DNA of 64,000 bases from Patescibacteria group bacterium (GTDB taxonomy: Bacteria > Patescibacteriota > WWE3 > 2-01-FULL-39-13). The position numbers were made by a program, and so were the translations under genes. Below, in pieces: positions 40,089 through 50,820 of this stretch. The stretch is from assembly GCA_048499955.1 (NCBI GenBank), contig JASNYX010000004.1:3249-67248 (forward strand), given 5' to 3'. A model generated the notes under the pieces. That model was not told the origin of the DNA, searched no databases, and saw only the letters and a list, made by a program, of their open reading frames with translations. Each line of letters starts with the position of its first letter. The first letter of the stretch is position 1.

Positions 40089-41222
40089 ATGGATCTAAAA
40101 CAACAAGCTCTCGAGCTACACAAAAAACATGGCGGGAAAATTGAAATCACAGTATCCACTCCAATCAAAAATAAGGATGATTTATCACTGGCATACACCC
40201 CGGGAGTTGCAGAGGTGTGCAAGGCAATACACGATAACAAAGAAAGTGTTTACGAATATACGATTAAAAGGCACACAGTAGCGGTTGTAACTGACGGCTC
40301 AGCCGTACTCGGACTTGGAAACATCGGTCCGGAAGCAGCTCTCCCGGTTATGGAAGGCAAAGCTGCATTATTTAAAACATTTGCAGGAATAGATGCGTTC
40401 CCGATTTGCCTTAATACTCAAGATCCCATCGAAATTATTAATATAGTCAAAGCAATCTCGCCTGTATTCGGTGGCATTAATCTCGAAGATATTTCAGCAC
40501 CACGTTGTTTTGAAATTGAAGAAGCCCTCCAAGACCTCGGAATTCCGGTTATGCATGATGACCAACATGGAACTGCAATAGTTGCTCTAGCCGGGCTAAT
40601 CAATGCAACCAAAGTAGTAAATAAAAATATGCAGTCACTTAAAATTGTGATATCAGGAGCCGGAGCCGCGGGTTTCGCGATTACCAAACTACTTACTAAC
40701 TTCACTCAAGATATTATCGTACTCGACAGTAAAGGAATTATCTGCCGAAATCGGCCTGACTTGGATAATCATAAAATGAAACTTGCAGAAACAACAAATC
40801 ATGCAAATATATCAGGAGACTTAAAAACGGCATTAAACGGGGCTGATGTTTTCATTGGTGTTTCGGCTCCAAATATCATGACCTCTGACGATATTTCATT
40901 GATGAACAAAGATGCCATAGTATTTGCTATGGCAAACCCGATTCCTGAAATTATGCCCGAAGAAGCAAAAAATGGCGGAGCTGTAGTTGTAGCAACCGGA
41001 AGATCTGACTTTCCAAATCAAATAAATAACAGCTTAGCGTTCCCCGGAATCTTTAAAGGAGCACTTGAATCACGAAAATCAAAAATTACTGATGAAATGA
41101 AAATTAATGCAGCTAAAGCGCTAGCTAATCTTGTTAAGGAACCGAGCCCTGACAAAATTATCCCGGGGCCTTTTGATCCAGGGATTGTGGAGGCTGTTTC
41201 AAACGCTGTAAAAGAAAGTTAA
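40089..41222 (+). CDS. NAD(P)-dependent malic enzyme
   Basis: [43 protein letters not shown]. Confidence 0.95.
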   Translation: MDLKQQALELHKKHGGKIEITVSTPIKNKDDLSLAYTPGVAEVCKAIHDNKESVYEYTIKRHTVAVVTDGSAVLGLGNIGPEAALPVMEGKAALFKTFAGIDAFPICLNTQDPIEIINIVKAISPVFGGINLEDISAPRCFEIEEALQDLGIPVMHDDQHGTAIVALAGLINATKVVNKNMQSLKIVISGAGAAGFAITKLLTNFTQDIIVLDSKGIICRNRPDLDNHKMKLAETTNHANISGDLKTALNGADVFIGVSAPNIMTSDDISLMNKDAIVFAMANPIPEIMPEEAKNGGAVVVATGRSDFPNQINNSLAFPGIFKGALESRKSKITDEMKINAAKALANLVKEPSPDKIIPGPFDPGIVEAVSNAVKES

Positions 41223-42196
41223 TCGTCTAATTTAGGCTTTATATTTTCACCGCGAAAGAAATCAGAAATTATTTCTTCAACCTCACTATATTTGTGTGTT
41301 TTCATTAACTGATCTTTTAGTTTCCCTGCATTTCTAATACCTTTTACATAGATTTTGAAAAACCTTTTCATTTCTGCGAAATTATGCCGTCCATACCAAA
41401 AATCTTCATATAATTTGGTATGCACTAATAAAGTTTGAATCAAATCTTCTGTTGTGGGTTGTTTATTATGATTAAAGAAAAACGGATTTGAAAAAATACC
41501 TCTACCTACCATTAGACCATCAACTTTATATACACTATGTTTTTCCAAACCGTCTTCGTAGCTTAAGATGTCACCATTACCGATGAATACTATATCCGGG
41601 CTTATCGTATTTCGATACTCGACACACCTGCCGATTTCATCCCAATCTGCCGGAACATCTGATAACTCCTTGGCTGTCCTTGCATGCACAGTCAAAGCTT
41701 GTATATCTTTACTTAAAAGAAATGGAATCCACTCTTCCGTTACACGAGACTTAACTCCAAGTCGAGTTTTTATACTCAATGGAATATCCGGAACTGATTC
41801 CCGAACGGCCGAAATAAGTTCAGCAACTAAGTTTGGGTTATCAATAAGTGCTGCACCTGAACCACCTTTCATCACAGATTTATCGGGACAGCCTAAATTA
41901 ATATCAATGCCATCAACTCCTTGATCCGCAGCAATCCTTGCTGCTGAAAAAAAATGTTCCGGTTTTGTTCCCCAAATTTGAGCTACAAGCGGACGTTGAT
42001 TTTCAGAAAAATAAAATCGGGTAATTGCGTTGTCGTATCCCTTTGAGTTCAACGCATCGGTATTAGTGAATTCAGTAAATAGGACATCCGGTTTACCTAT
42101 CTGGCTGATAATCTCGCGAAACACATAATCAGTAACACCTTCCATAGGAGCCAACACAAAAAATGGTTTCGGTAAACTCTTCCAGAAATTTTTCAT
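41219..42196 (-). CDS. dus: tRNA-dihydrouridine synthase
   Basis: LAPMEGVTD, DINLGCP, HART, GNGDI, GRG. Confidence 0.92.
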   Translation of the reverse strand: MKNFWKSLPKPFFVLAPMEGVTDYVFREIISQIGKPDVLFTEFTNTDALNSKGYDNAITRFYFSENQRPLVAQIWGTKPEHFFSAARIAADQGVDGIDINLGCPDKSVMKGGSGAALIDNPNLVAELISAVRESVPDIPLSIKTRLGVKSRVTEEWIPFLLSKDIQALTVHARTAKELSDVPADWDEIGRCVEYRNTISPDIVFIGNGDILSYEDGLEKHSVYKVDGLMVGRGIFSNPFFFNHNKQPTTEDLIQTLLVHTKLYEDFWYGRHNFAEMKRFFKIYVKGIRNAGKLKDQLMKTHKYSEVEEIISDFFRGENIKPKLDD

Positions 42197-42211
42197 GAAA
42201 AAAATATGAAT

Positions 42212-42487
42212 TTAAAATAGAGTAGCAACCGGATCTTCATCTATGGGTGAATCAGTGTTGGTTGTGTCTGTAGTGTCTTCTTGTTCAATATCGCTCTGGA
42301 TTTCCTTGAATTCATTCTCGATCGACTTTAAACGTTCCCGACAAGCTTTCACCAGAACTGCACCTCTCTTTACCTTATCCAAACCAACTTCAACATCAAC
42401 ATCTTCCTGATCCTCAAACCATTTCACGATTTCGGAAAGTTCTCTTAATGAATTGGTTAAATTATTGTTTTCAAGTGTTTTTGCCAT
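42212..42487 (-). CDS. xseB: Exodeoxyribonuclease VII small subunit
   Basis: ELSEIVKWFE...GAVLVKACRERL; adjacent to xseA. Confidence 0.85.
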   Translation of the reverse strand: MAKTLENNNLTNSLRELSEIVKWFEDQEDVDVEVGLDKVKRGAVLVKACRERLKSIENEFKEIQSDIEQEDTTDTTNTDSPIDEDPVATLF

Positions 42488-43836
42488 TAATGTTTTTCTG
42501 TAATTTTGGAACTAACTTCTCCGTCGAAAAGCTTAACTTTTATTATATCACCGGACTCCAGGAACTTAGCACTCTTAATCAATTTACCGTTTTTCATTAT
42601 TAAACTATATCCTAATTTAAGCTGTCGAATCGGGTCGTTGAGCTTAACCTGTTTTTCAAGATTTTGTAAGTTTTTATTATAAGAATCAATTGATAATGAA
42701 TATCTGTTTCCGATGTAATATAGATTCGAACTTATGGACGTTCCAAAAACTTTCAAACTTTTGTAGTATTCACTTTTAATTGAGCTCGTCCACATAGTTT
42801 CCACAGTTCTATGCAATTCTCTTAACTTATGGCCAATCGAATGCACAGCGTTTGTTTCTAAGGCGGTAGCGAACTTTTCAAAACGAGTGAAAATGTCTTT
42901 AAAATTTTCTTTTATATGAGAGTAGGATTTTTCAATGTTAAACTTACTGTCGCCCAATGCTGCCTCGTATCGAATTAAAACTTCTTTCTGTAGAGAATTA
43001 ACTTTACCCTCGGCATGTTCCCAGCTTTTATTTAAGGTTTCTGCAACTTTTGTTGGAGTTGAAACATTTAAATCGGATACCATTCCACAAAGCGGCAAAT
43101 CCTTATCATGACCTAATCCGGTAATTACAGGAACGGGGAAATTCGCGATTTCCATCACAAGTGCCTCGCTATTATATGCCTGAAACGATTCAAGCGAACC
43201 TCCTCCTCTCATCATTACCAACACATCCAGATCACGTTTAGCAAAGGTTTTTACAGCCGATATCAGTTCCTTTAATGCCAGTTTACCTTCGACTCTTGAG
43301 TTGATGAATTGTAGATCGTATCCGAAGTTACCGATGTTTGATAAGAAATCGTTTATAACCGCTCCATCTTTTGAAGTAATAATTCCAATCTTGTGAGGAT
43401 ATTCACGTATTGGCTTCTTTCTTGATACATCAAAGAATCCGGCTGATTCAAGTTTTAATTTCAGTTCTTCGTAAGCTTTCTTTAGTGCGCCATCTCCGAC
43501 AAATTCAAGATATTCAGATTGAAAGGAAACCCCGCCGTTCGGTTTGTATATCTTCGGATAACCTGTAACAATAACTTCCAAGCCTTCTTCTAAGTTGACA
43601 CCGCTTAAATTGTAATCACGTTTCCACATAAAACAATTTATAAGACTGTCATCTTTTTTATCCTTTATCGAAAAATATAAATAAGAACGACCTTCATAAA
43701 GTTTTAAGTTGCATATTTCACCGGAAACTCTCCCGGTAAATGCCACCAAACCCTCATTTAGTACATCAAGATAATCACTTACGGATAAAATCGGTAAGTC
43801 AGGATTCTTAACATTTGATCTCCCATTGCTAAACAT
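42487..43836 (-). CDS. xseA: Exodeoxyribonuclease VII large subunit
   Basis: YFSIKD OB fold, RGGGSLE, GLGHDKD, TPT, LKLGYS. Confidence 0.93.
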   Translation of the reverse strand: MFSNGRSNVKNPDLPILSVSDYLDVLNEGLVAFTGRVSGEICNLKLYEGRSYLYFSIKDKKDDSLINCFMWKRDYNLSGVNLEEGLEVIVTGYPKIYKPNGGVSFQSEYLEFVGDGALKKAYEELKLKLESAGFFDVSRKKPIREYPHKIGIITSKDGAVINDFLSNIGNFGYDLQFINSRVEGKLALKELISAVKTFAKRDLDVLVMMRGGGSLESFQAYNSEALVMEIANFPVPVITGLGHDKDLPLCGMVSDLNVSTPTKVAETLNKSWEHAEGKVNSLQKEVLIRYEAALGDSKFNIEKSYSHIKENFKDIFTRFEKFATALETNAVHSIGHKLRELHRTVETMWTSSIKSEYYKSLKVFGTSISSNLYYIGNRYSLSIDSYNKNLQNLEKQVKLNDPIRQLKLGYSLIMKNGKLIKSAKFLESGDIIKVKLFDGEVSSKITEKH

Positions 43837-43927
43837 ATAGTGATTATAAGCTTAAATTCAAAGTTAAGCTTTAGTTTCGGATTAGTGAAAAACATATTAT
43901 AATAGCCACAGCAATTCAATCTATTAT

Positions 43928-44593
43928 ATGTCTAAGATACTTGTTTTCTCCGATACACACCTAACTACCAAGTTCAGCACGTCTAAATTCGAGAAGCTGA
44001 GGAATTTGATCGAAAAGGCAGATAAAGTCATCATAAATGGTGATTTCTGGGAAGGTCTGCAAATAACATTTGACGAATTCTATAATAGCCCTTGGAAACA
44101 ACTGTTCCCGCTTTTAAAAGCCAAGAATGCAGTCTATATTTATGGAAATCACGACTCACCGTTCCTTTCGGATGAACGAATTTACGAATTTTGCGATATC
44201 GCCGCGAAAGAATATAAAATTGAATTACCAAAAGGTAAATTCTTTTTTACCCATGGCAGTGAATTTCTATTTCCTCAATGCAAGGTTCTCTACACACCAC
44301 ATGAAGTAAATTTTGAGCGTAAATGGAATTCGATAATAGGAACTTGGATCCAAACTGTATTATTCGCAATATTCGGTCCGAATATTTTCCCTGAGAAGTT
44401 TAACAAAATGACAAAAGAAGAACGTGTTGCTGTGGCTCCACTGGATTATTTACTCGTATGCGGACATTCACATAAACCACAGTACAAAGAAGATCTTAAT
44501 TTTATTGATATAGGGTTTTTCAATTTCGGATGGGCGAACTATATGACAATATCCGACGAAGGTGATTATGAATTCTTTAGCGAAAAATATTAA
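43928..44593 (+). CDS. Calcineurin-like metallophosphoesterase
   Basis: SDTH, NGD, GNHD, THG, GHSH. Confidence 0.88.
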   Translation: MSKILVFSDTHLTTKFSTSKFEKLRNLIEKADKVIINGDFWEGLQITFDEFYNSPWKQLFPLLKAKNAVYIYGNHDSPFLSDERIYEFCDIAAKEYKIELPKGKFFFTHGSEFLFPQCKVLYTPHEVNFERKWNSIIGTWIQTVLFAIFGPNIFPEKFNKMTKEERVAVAPLDYLLVCGHSHKPQYKEDLNFIDIGFFNFGWANYMTISDEGDYEFFSEKY

Positions 44594-46128
44594 CGCCCAT
44601 TTCTTTCAACGCCTTTTCTGCTATTAATTTCATCCAAAAGCAATTTCATCTGATCGTCCGTCAATATATATTTTAAATCCGGATCAGAGTATAAATAGGA
44701 AGACAACTTATTATATGCCGCTTCAGACGCTCTGTTGTCATTCCCAAGGTTATCGTAAAATTTAAGGCGCTCTCTTAATGTATTTATTAAAACATCAAAC
44801 CCACCGACAAATGTTAAGTGATAAAGCTCCTCAATAATATATTCAGGTCTACTTGCTACGGGTCTTTCTAAAACTCCGCCGTAATATTCAACAGCTGATG
44901 AGTGCAACGCTTTGGATAATTCAGGATTTAAAACAGTCAAGCACGCTTGAGTAATTTCCCTTAACGGATGTTCGATCTTGACGCCCAAACGGTTCAAACT
45001 GTTCCACTCGATAAAAGGCATTCGACTCGCCTTCATCCGACTAAGTAAAATGCCAGATTCCGCAAGGCTGAGTTCACCTTCATCTTGCTGGTTATGAGAT
45101 CTCATTTTATTTACAAGCAATTGCAAAGAAACATAATCCAAGCTTCTTAAAGTGCTTGCCGCAACAAAACCTTCATAAACATCCTCACTCATATTGGGCT
45201 TTATGCCACTAATAATAAAATCTCTTAAAACCCCCATATAAACTCTTAATAGAAAGTTCTCGTTGTCAAAAGTACCGTCTTCACCGGAAATCAGCGTTAT
45301 CTCTTCAATGACACTCGCAAGTGCTCCGCGATTCCCCCGTGTCAAATAATATACATAGCCAGCGAAATCTTCGGGAACCCCAAATTTGTTTTTTAAAAAA
45401 ACACGCACATTCTCTGAAGAAAGGTTTGATAATGGGACATCAATACTCACGTTTCTATATTCCGGCTTTAACCAAATTCCGGGGCGGGCACTGAATTTAA
45501 CCAAATGCGAATTTCCCCTTCGATGCAAAGGCGGAATAACAAACTCCTCCAGAAATTGCTGGCGTGATCTTGTCAAGAAATGACCATTATCAAGTACTAT
45601 CAACTTGTGTCGATCCCGCTGAGAATCTATAACTGCATTGAAATCATTGCTTATTTCTCTTAGAGCCATATACCAAGGACTTCTAGTGGGTTTTTCACCC
45701 GCTCTACGTATTTTAGTCAGTGAATCGCTAAGCTCTTCATCAATATTTATAGTCGGATAGGATAATTTAAAGGCTTCGATCTTTTGTATCAATGCATGAT
45801 AAAGTGTCTGCTGATCTTCGCTTAAATTTTCACTCCATCCAACTGTGCCGATAAGATCGATAAACGGTAATTCGTCAGATGGAACAGCACAATCAATAAC
45901 TGTACAATCAGTTCTTGGACTAACAGCATACATTGATCCGATTTCGTTTGCTAAATGACTTTTACCTGAGCCGTAACCTCCCAAAACCTGAATGAGTGCA
46001 AATCTTCTTTGAGAGATCTCGTCAATCAACGTCCCTTTTTCGGGGAACAAAAATAGAGTTTCTATTTGGAGAGCTTCAACAGACTGGGTAGTCGTCTCGT
46101 CATATTGGTTCGATGTTATGTTTGACAT
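44590..46128 (-). CDS. STAND-like P-loop NTPase
   Basis: Walker A GGYGSGKS, Walker B LIVLDNGH, LTRGNR (GxP-equivalent position), IEHPLRE, EELYH. Confidence 0.65.
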   Translation of the reverse strand: MSNITSNQYDETTTQSVEALQIETLFLFPEKGTLIDEISQRRFALIQVLGGYGSGKSHLANEIGSMYAVSPRTDCTVIDCAVPSDELPFIDLIGTVGWSENLSEDQQTLYHALIQKIEAFKLSYPTINIDEELSDSLTKIRRAGEKPTRSPWYMALREISNDFNAVIDSQRDRHKLIVLDNGHFLTRSRQQFLEEFVIPPLHRRGNSHLVKFSARPGIWLKPEYRNVSIDVPLSNLSSENVRVFLKNKFGVPEDFAGYVYYLTRGNRGALASVIEEITLISGEDGTFDNENFLLRVYMGVLRDFIISGIKPNMSEDVYEGFVAASTLRSLDYVSLQLLVNKMRSHNQQDEGELSLAESGILLSRMKASRMPFIEWNSLNRLGVKIEHPLREITQACLTVLNPELSKALHSSAVEYYGGVLERPVASRPEYIIEELYHLTFVGGFDVLINTLRERLKFYDNLGNDNRASEAAYNKLSSYLYSDPDLKYILTDDQMKLLLDEINSRKGVERNGR

Positions 46129-46250
46129 AATTCTTCTGAATAAATGGGTGGGACACCCGGAATCTATCACCAAATCTGTAGAGTTACAAGATTCTTCCCA
46201 ATAAATATTCGCAGTAATATCTCAGTAACTTAAATTACAATGATCCGGAA

Positions 46251-47063
46251 ATGAACTATGTATCCTTCAAAATCTTCATATCGGCATTTTTGATTACACT
46301 TACAATCGTGGGTTATGAATACAAATTCCCGGGAAATTTGTTCAACAAATCAAATATTATTGAATATGAAAATCCGGATCCGGTACAATCACCTACTTGG
46401 AAACGATTGGATGGACCTCCTCGAGTCGGATTACAGGTCGGACATTGGAAAGCAAATGAGTTCCCCGAAGAACTTGCCCGGCTTAGACAAAATACCGGTA
46501 CTTCAGGCGGCGGCAAATGGGAATGGGAAGTGAACCTCGACATCGCGAATAAAACCGCAGAATTACTACGAAATCAGGGAATCGACGTAGACATTCTTCC
46601 GGCTACAGTTCCACCAAGCTATTGGGCAGATGTGTTCATTTCAATTCACGCCGACGGAAGTCTCGATAAATCAGCAACAGGTTTCAAAGTTTCTCCTCCA
46701 AGAAGAGATCAAACAGGGAAAGCATCCAAACTTGCCGAAAAAATCCCAACTCATTACCAAGAAGCTACAAAGCTCACGGTTGATCCAAACATCACAAGAA
46801 ACATGACCGGATATTATGCTTTTTCTCACGGAAGATATAAGCATGCAGTACATCCAATGACAACTTCTGTTATTTTAGAAACAGGATTTTTAACGAATCC
46901 TAATGATAGAAAAATTATAGTTGATGCCTCACAAGTTGCTTCACAGGGCATCGCAAATGCACTTATTTCCCATCTCGCATCAGAAGGTTTAATGGAACTT
47001 GCTCATAAAAATATACCTACAGATTTAACAGCAATAGAAGATAATTCTCCAAATATGCCATAA
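46251..47063 (+). CDS. N-acetylmuramoyl-L-alanine amidase (Amidase_3)
   Basis: LQVGH, EWEVNL, SIHAD, ILETGFLTN. Confidence 0.88.
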   Translation: MNYVSFKIFISAFLITLTIVGYEYKFPGNLFNKSNIIEYENPDPVQSPTWKRLDGPPRVGLQVGHWKANEFPEELARLRQNTGTSGGGKWEWEVNLDIANKTAELLRNQGIDVDILPATVPPSYWADVFISIHADGSLDKSATGFKVSPPRRDQTGKASKLAEKIPTHYQEATKLTVDPNITRNMTGYYAFSHGRYKHAVHPMTTSVILETGFLTNPNDRKIIVDASQVASQGIANALISHLASEGLMELAHKNIPTDLTAIEDNSPNMP

Positions 47064-47082
47064 ACTTAGGTATAATCGCATC

Positions 47083-47634
47083 ATGGAAATATTAAAAGCG
47101 AAAGTAGAGAAACTCTTGTTGACACATCCATTTGATCAACCACCAACTAAGCACGAGAAAGTTGAGCTTGTTCTAGAAGGACTAAAATTTGACAAACACT
47201 TTGGGAAAACACGCTGTGCAGATGTCCGAACTGTTAAATTACTTCCAAAAGGTATCGAGGTTACTAATTTAAGATCAGTAACAATTGTTTCTGCCGAAGA
47301 ACTCGATGAAATTTCCACAGCACTTGGATTTGAAGTTCTTCCGGAAGATCTCGAAGCAAACATCACACTCAGCGGTGTCAAAAATTTAACTAAATTACCA
47401 CCGGGAACCTACCTTAAATTCCCAAACCAAGCCATACTTTTTATTACTTCCGAAAACCTTCCGTGTTCCTATCCTGCTGAAAACATGATTAAAAGAGGCA
47501 TGGACAAAAATGCTGCTCTAAATTTTCCAAAAGTAGCAATGGGTAAAAGAGGAATAACAGCAATGCCCTTTGCTTCCGGATTTATCAAAACAGGCGATAT
47601 GGTCGAGATCTATCCACCACAAAAGTTAGAATAA
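47083..47634 (+). CDS. MOSC-domain protein
   Basis: EGLKFDKH, R.VTIVSAEE, EANITLSG, ENLPC, GFIKTGD. Confidence 0.8.
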   Translation: MEILKAKVEKLLLTHPFDQPPTKHEKVELVLEGLKFDKHFGKTRCADVRTVKLLPKGIEVTNLRSVTIVSAEELDEISTALGFEVLPEDLEANITLSGVKNLTKLPPGTYLKFPNQAILFITSENLPCSYPAENMIKRGMDKNAALNFPKVAMGKRGITAMPFASGFIKTGDMVEIYPPQKLE

Positions 47635-47640
47635 GAATTG

Positions 47641-47705
47641 TTGACATTGAATGCTTCACATACATAATGAGGATATGAATCCTGTTTAGTATCTAGATAC
47701 TAAAC
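47641..47705 (+). promoter_or_regulatory. Promoter and perfect 22-bp palindrome upstream of the SDR gene
   Basis: TTGACA at 47641, CATAAT at 47663; GTTTAGTATCTAGATACTAAAC at 47684-47705. Confidence 0.6.
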
Positions 47706-47744
47706 CTAAAGATCGTCAAAAAATAAAAAGTTCATAACAATAAA

Positions 47745-48470
47745 ATGGCAATCAACTTAACAAATCAAACCGCACTTATCACAGGATCAACCGATGGGCT
47801 CGGCAAATTACTTGCAATCGAATTAGCTAAACATAAAGCTAACGTTATAGTTCACGGCAAAAACGAAGTTAAGATTGCAAGTGTGATTTCAAATCTTAAA
47901 GAAATAAATCCAACGGGTAAGCATGATAGTGTAGTTTGTGACTTTCGAACTCCTGAGAGTATTTCAAATAGCTTCAGTAAAATCAGAAATCTTGATATTT
48001 TAGTAAACAACGCAGGAGTCTGGCTTGAGGGAAATACAATTGATGCACCTGAAGAAAAAATACTTGAGCTCGCAAATGTTAACCTTATTTCAGCTATGAT
48101 GGCTACGAAAACGCTGCTTCCGGCCTTACTCAAGTCTAAATTCGGACAAATCCTAAACGTTTCGAGTGTCGCCGGAATCGAGATTCCATTTGATTATTAT
48201 CATACAATTTACACCGCAACAAAATTCGGGGTACAAGGTTTTTCCGAGGCACTCTCAAAAGAATTCAATGACAAAAATTTACGGGTAATGGGATTTTATC
48301 CCGGAGGAATGGAAACAAAGATTTTTGAAAAAGCAGGAAACGAATATGAAGATCATGAGCCTTGGATGTTCGATCCGAAGGAATCAGTTGATGCTATGAT
48401 TTTTATGCTAACAAGAAACGAAAAAGTAAATGTAAAAAGAATGGATCTGTTAAATCACTTACAGGCTTAA
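47745..48470 (+). CDS. Short-chain dehydrogenase/reductase
   Basis: TGSTDGLG, NNAG, YTATK. Confidence 0.92.
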   Translation: MAINLTNQTALITGSTDGLGKLLAIELAKHKANVIVHGKNEVKIASVISNLKEINPTGKHDSVVCDFRTPESISNSFSKIRNLDILVNNAGVWLEGNTIDAPEEKILELANVNLISAMMATKTLLPALLKSKFGQILNVSSVAGIEIPFDYYHTIYTATKFGVQGFSEALSKEFNDKNLRVMGFYPGGMETKIFEKAGNEYEDHEPWMFDPKESVDAMIFMLTRNEKVNVKRMDLLNHLQA

Positions 48471-48507
48471 ATTCACACGAGGTTTCTAATTGTCGAATTA
48501 ATAGGAA

Positions 48508-48972
48508 CTACAATACATATAAGCGAAGCAAAGAAACAACATAGTACGAGAAAAGCAGAAGACTTCCCCACCACCCAAAAAATGAAACAATAAAACTTAT
48601 CATTATTTTGTGCTGCAAATTAGTAGGTAGCAATTCTTCTGATCGACCTTCTTTTTCTTTAAGTAACAAAAGAGGGCTTACATGAAAGGTTAAGAAAAGT
48701 CCGTTCAGCATTAAAAGTGAGATTATAATCCAATGTAAAATTGAGATCGTATTAACCCCGTACAAAGAATAAAACCATACAGTACCGATCAGGTTTAACA
48801 GTGTCCCGATCCAAATAAGTGGCTTAGTAACTTTATGAGCCGAAATAGTCGCCCGTGTCCAATATTTTGATTTTCTACCCAAAAATCCATGAAGGTCTAT
48901 TACAGTGACAGCTCCCAATCCAATAATATAACCGGCAATCAAAACGAATAAGCTAATTATATGTTCATCCAT
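48508..48972 (-). CDS. 4-TM hypothetical membrane protein
   Basis: Hydrophobic ORF coupled to tspO. Confidence 0.6.
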   Translation of the reverse strand: MDEHIISLFVLIAGYIIGLGAVTVIDLHGFLGRKSKYWTRATISAHKVTKPLIWIGTLLNLIGTVWFYSLYGVNTISILHWIIISLLMLNGLFLTFHVSPLLLLKEKEGRSEELLPTNLQHKIMISFIVSFFGWWGSLLLFSYYVVSLLRLYVL

Positions 48973-49355
48973 AAAATTGAAACCTGCAAAATAGTTGCAA
49001 ATAAAACCCAAAGAAAATATGGGATCTGAGCGTAAAAAACCAACTTAGAGTAGCCTTTTATCAAAATCATAAACCAAACCAACGAAAACAATACAATCAA
49101 AATATCGATTGTGGCAAGCAAATTATTCTGAAGCGTAAATTGAATGTAAGAAAAAAATAAATTTGAAAATAAGTTTATGAAAAGCGGAATCAATACCTTC
49201 CGGGGTATTTTTCCTTTATAAACCAAGTAACATACATACCCAAAACTCACAAAAATTATCGGGTAAAGTATCGACCAAGCGACACCGAATAGATACGCAG
49301 GGGGTGCAAACCAAGGCTTATTTATGCGCTCATACCAAATGGAAACATTGCTCAC
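48957..49355 (-). CDS. tspO: TspO/MBR family protein
   Basis: WYERINKPWFAPP..LFG.AWSILY, PYFLWVLFATIL. Confidence 0.9.
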   Translation of the reverse strand: MSNVSIWYERINKPWFAPPAYLFGVAWSILYPIIFVSFGYVCYLVYKGKIPRKVLIPLFINLFSNLFFSYIQFTLQNNLLATIDILIVLFSLVWFMILIKGYSKLVFYAQIPYFLWVLFATILQVSILWMNI

Positions 49356-49396
49356 CTACTAATCATATCAGATCTATATAATCTAGTTGTGAGTCT

Positions 49397-50392
49397 TCAT
49401 ACTTTCATGCTGATGTTTGCCATTGACCATGAAATAATATGATTTACAGGGTGAAGCAGATTACCGTTTTCATCGGTCGAGGCATACTCCGCTTCCCTAG
49501 CCTGCAAAATTGAAGAGTACTCATCTCCGGCATATTTGCCGATTACCGACCAAAAAGCCTCGTCATTTACCGGCATTCCACCATAGGTTCGAGGTTGTCT
49601 TAAGGGGCTCAAAGATGAATAAATATTGCGTGCGATTCCCAACCCTTCAGAGCTTCCCGGTTCTATTTGATCCGCTTTTAACCGCTCAATAGTCTCATCA
49701 CTAAAACCAACAAGACTTTGATTGCATCCAAGCCATTCCGCTTGTATGGATTTTGCGCTATCTCTTACAAATTCAATACCACGTTCCAGATTTTTTCTCT
49801 CTGCGGCAATTGTCGAAGTTGTCTCGATTAAATCAACCACGCTAGGGTGTGCAAAATCCGATTGAACCGCCTCGTAAGCTCTCGTAAGCTCTTCATCTCT
49901 TAGCCCCTCTAACGTAGCAAGTAGCTGGCGTTCTTCGGGCTTGTCTACTCTATCAACAAAATTATCAGGCGAATAGAACTCAGCGTAACCCAAAGACCCT
50001 ATACCACTTCGTGCTTCAGTATCGATCATTATTTCCCAAGCAGAATAGCCAACGATAGTAGCAATACGACGGTTTATCCCTAATACACAGGCACTAGGAT
50101 CGCCTTTCAATATTTCAGCTCGTATTTTATATAACCAAGATGCAATAAGCCTTTGCTGCTCATGTAGTTGTATAGGATTTGTGTAATAGGAGTAAACTGT
50201 TTCAAGTTCATCAGCAAGCTGTCTTAGACTTGAAATGCGTCTCCGTCCGACGCGATCGTCCGGACCAGTGTGATTCTCCCTCTCCTGCACGTCAATTTTA
50301 AGGCCTTGAACTATATCATCCTTTGACGTAATAGCCACACCGGATAATCCATAATCGGGTAATTGTTCTGTTGGATTGGGGAATGAATCCAT
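49397..50392 (-). CDS. Hypothetical protein
   Basis: 331-aa ORF; no motif recognised. Confidence 0.6.
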   Translation of the reverse strand: MDSFPNPTEQLPDYGLSGVAITSKDDIVQGLKIDVQERENHTGPDDRVGRRRISSLRQLADELETVYSYYTNPIQLHEQQRLIASWLYKIRAEILKGDPSACVLGINRRIATIVGYSAWEIMIDTEARSGIGSLGYAEFYSPDNFVDRVDKPEERQLLATLEGLRDEELTRAYEAVQSDFAHPSVVDLIETTSTIAAERKNLERGIEFVRDSAKSIQAEWLGCNQSLVGFSDETIERLKADQIEPGSSEGLGIARNIYSSLSPLRQPRTYGGMPVNDEAFWSVIGKYAGDEYSSILQAREAEYASTDENGNLLHPVNHIISWSMANISMKV

Positions 50393-50447
50393 AGACTAAT
50401 TGTATCAAAGGCTTTTAGATCTATACAATATTAACTATACTTACGAT

Positions 50448-50744
50448 ATGAATTATAAAATCATCCCCGCAATCATATTAGGAACAGAGGCAATTTTATC
50501 GTTCTATAGAGCCCTTAATCCGGCACACCCATTTGATTTACCACCCGCACACGCACTTTTCGGAGCCATCTTTGTCTTACAAGCACTGGCAATTTATTAC
50601 AGACCCAATAATAAACCATTACAATTCACCGTATTCTTATTCAGCTTTCTGCTTGGACCGGGAGTGGGCTATGGATTCGGACTCGGTTGGATATTTGCAA
50701 TAGCGTTGGTAGTTTCCTTTGTATTAATAGCCAAGAAAAAGTAA
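50448..50744 (+). CDS. Small hypothetical membrane protein
   Basis: Hydrophobic ORF starting MNYKII. Confidence 0.55.
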   Translation: MNYKIIPAIILGTEAILSFYRALNPAHPFDLPPAHALFGAIFVLQALAIYYRPNNKPLQFTVFLFSFLLGPGVGYGFGLGWIFAIALVVSFVLIAKKK

Positions 50745-50820
50745 TTAAAGATTGTGAGGAAAATATTTCTGTTCTACCAAAATACCACTCATAACCTGGT
50801 GTAGACCTCCGAGCATATTT

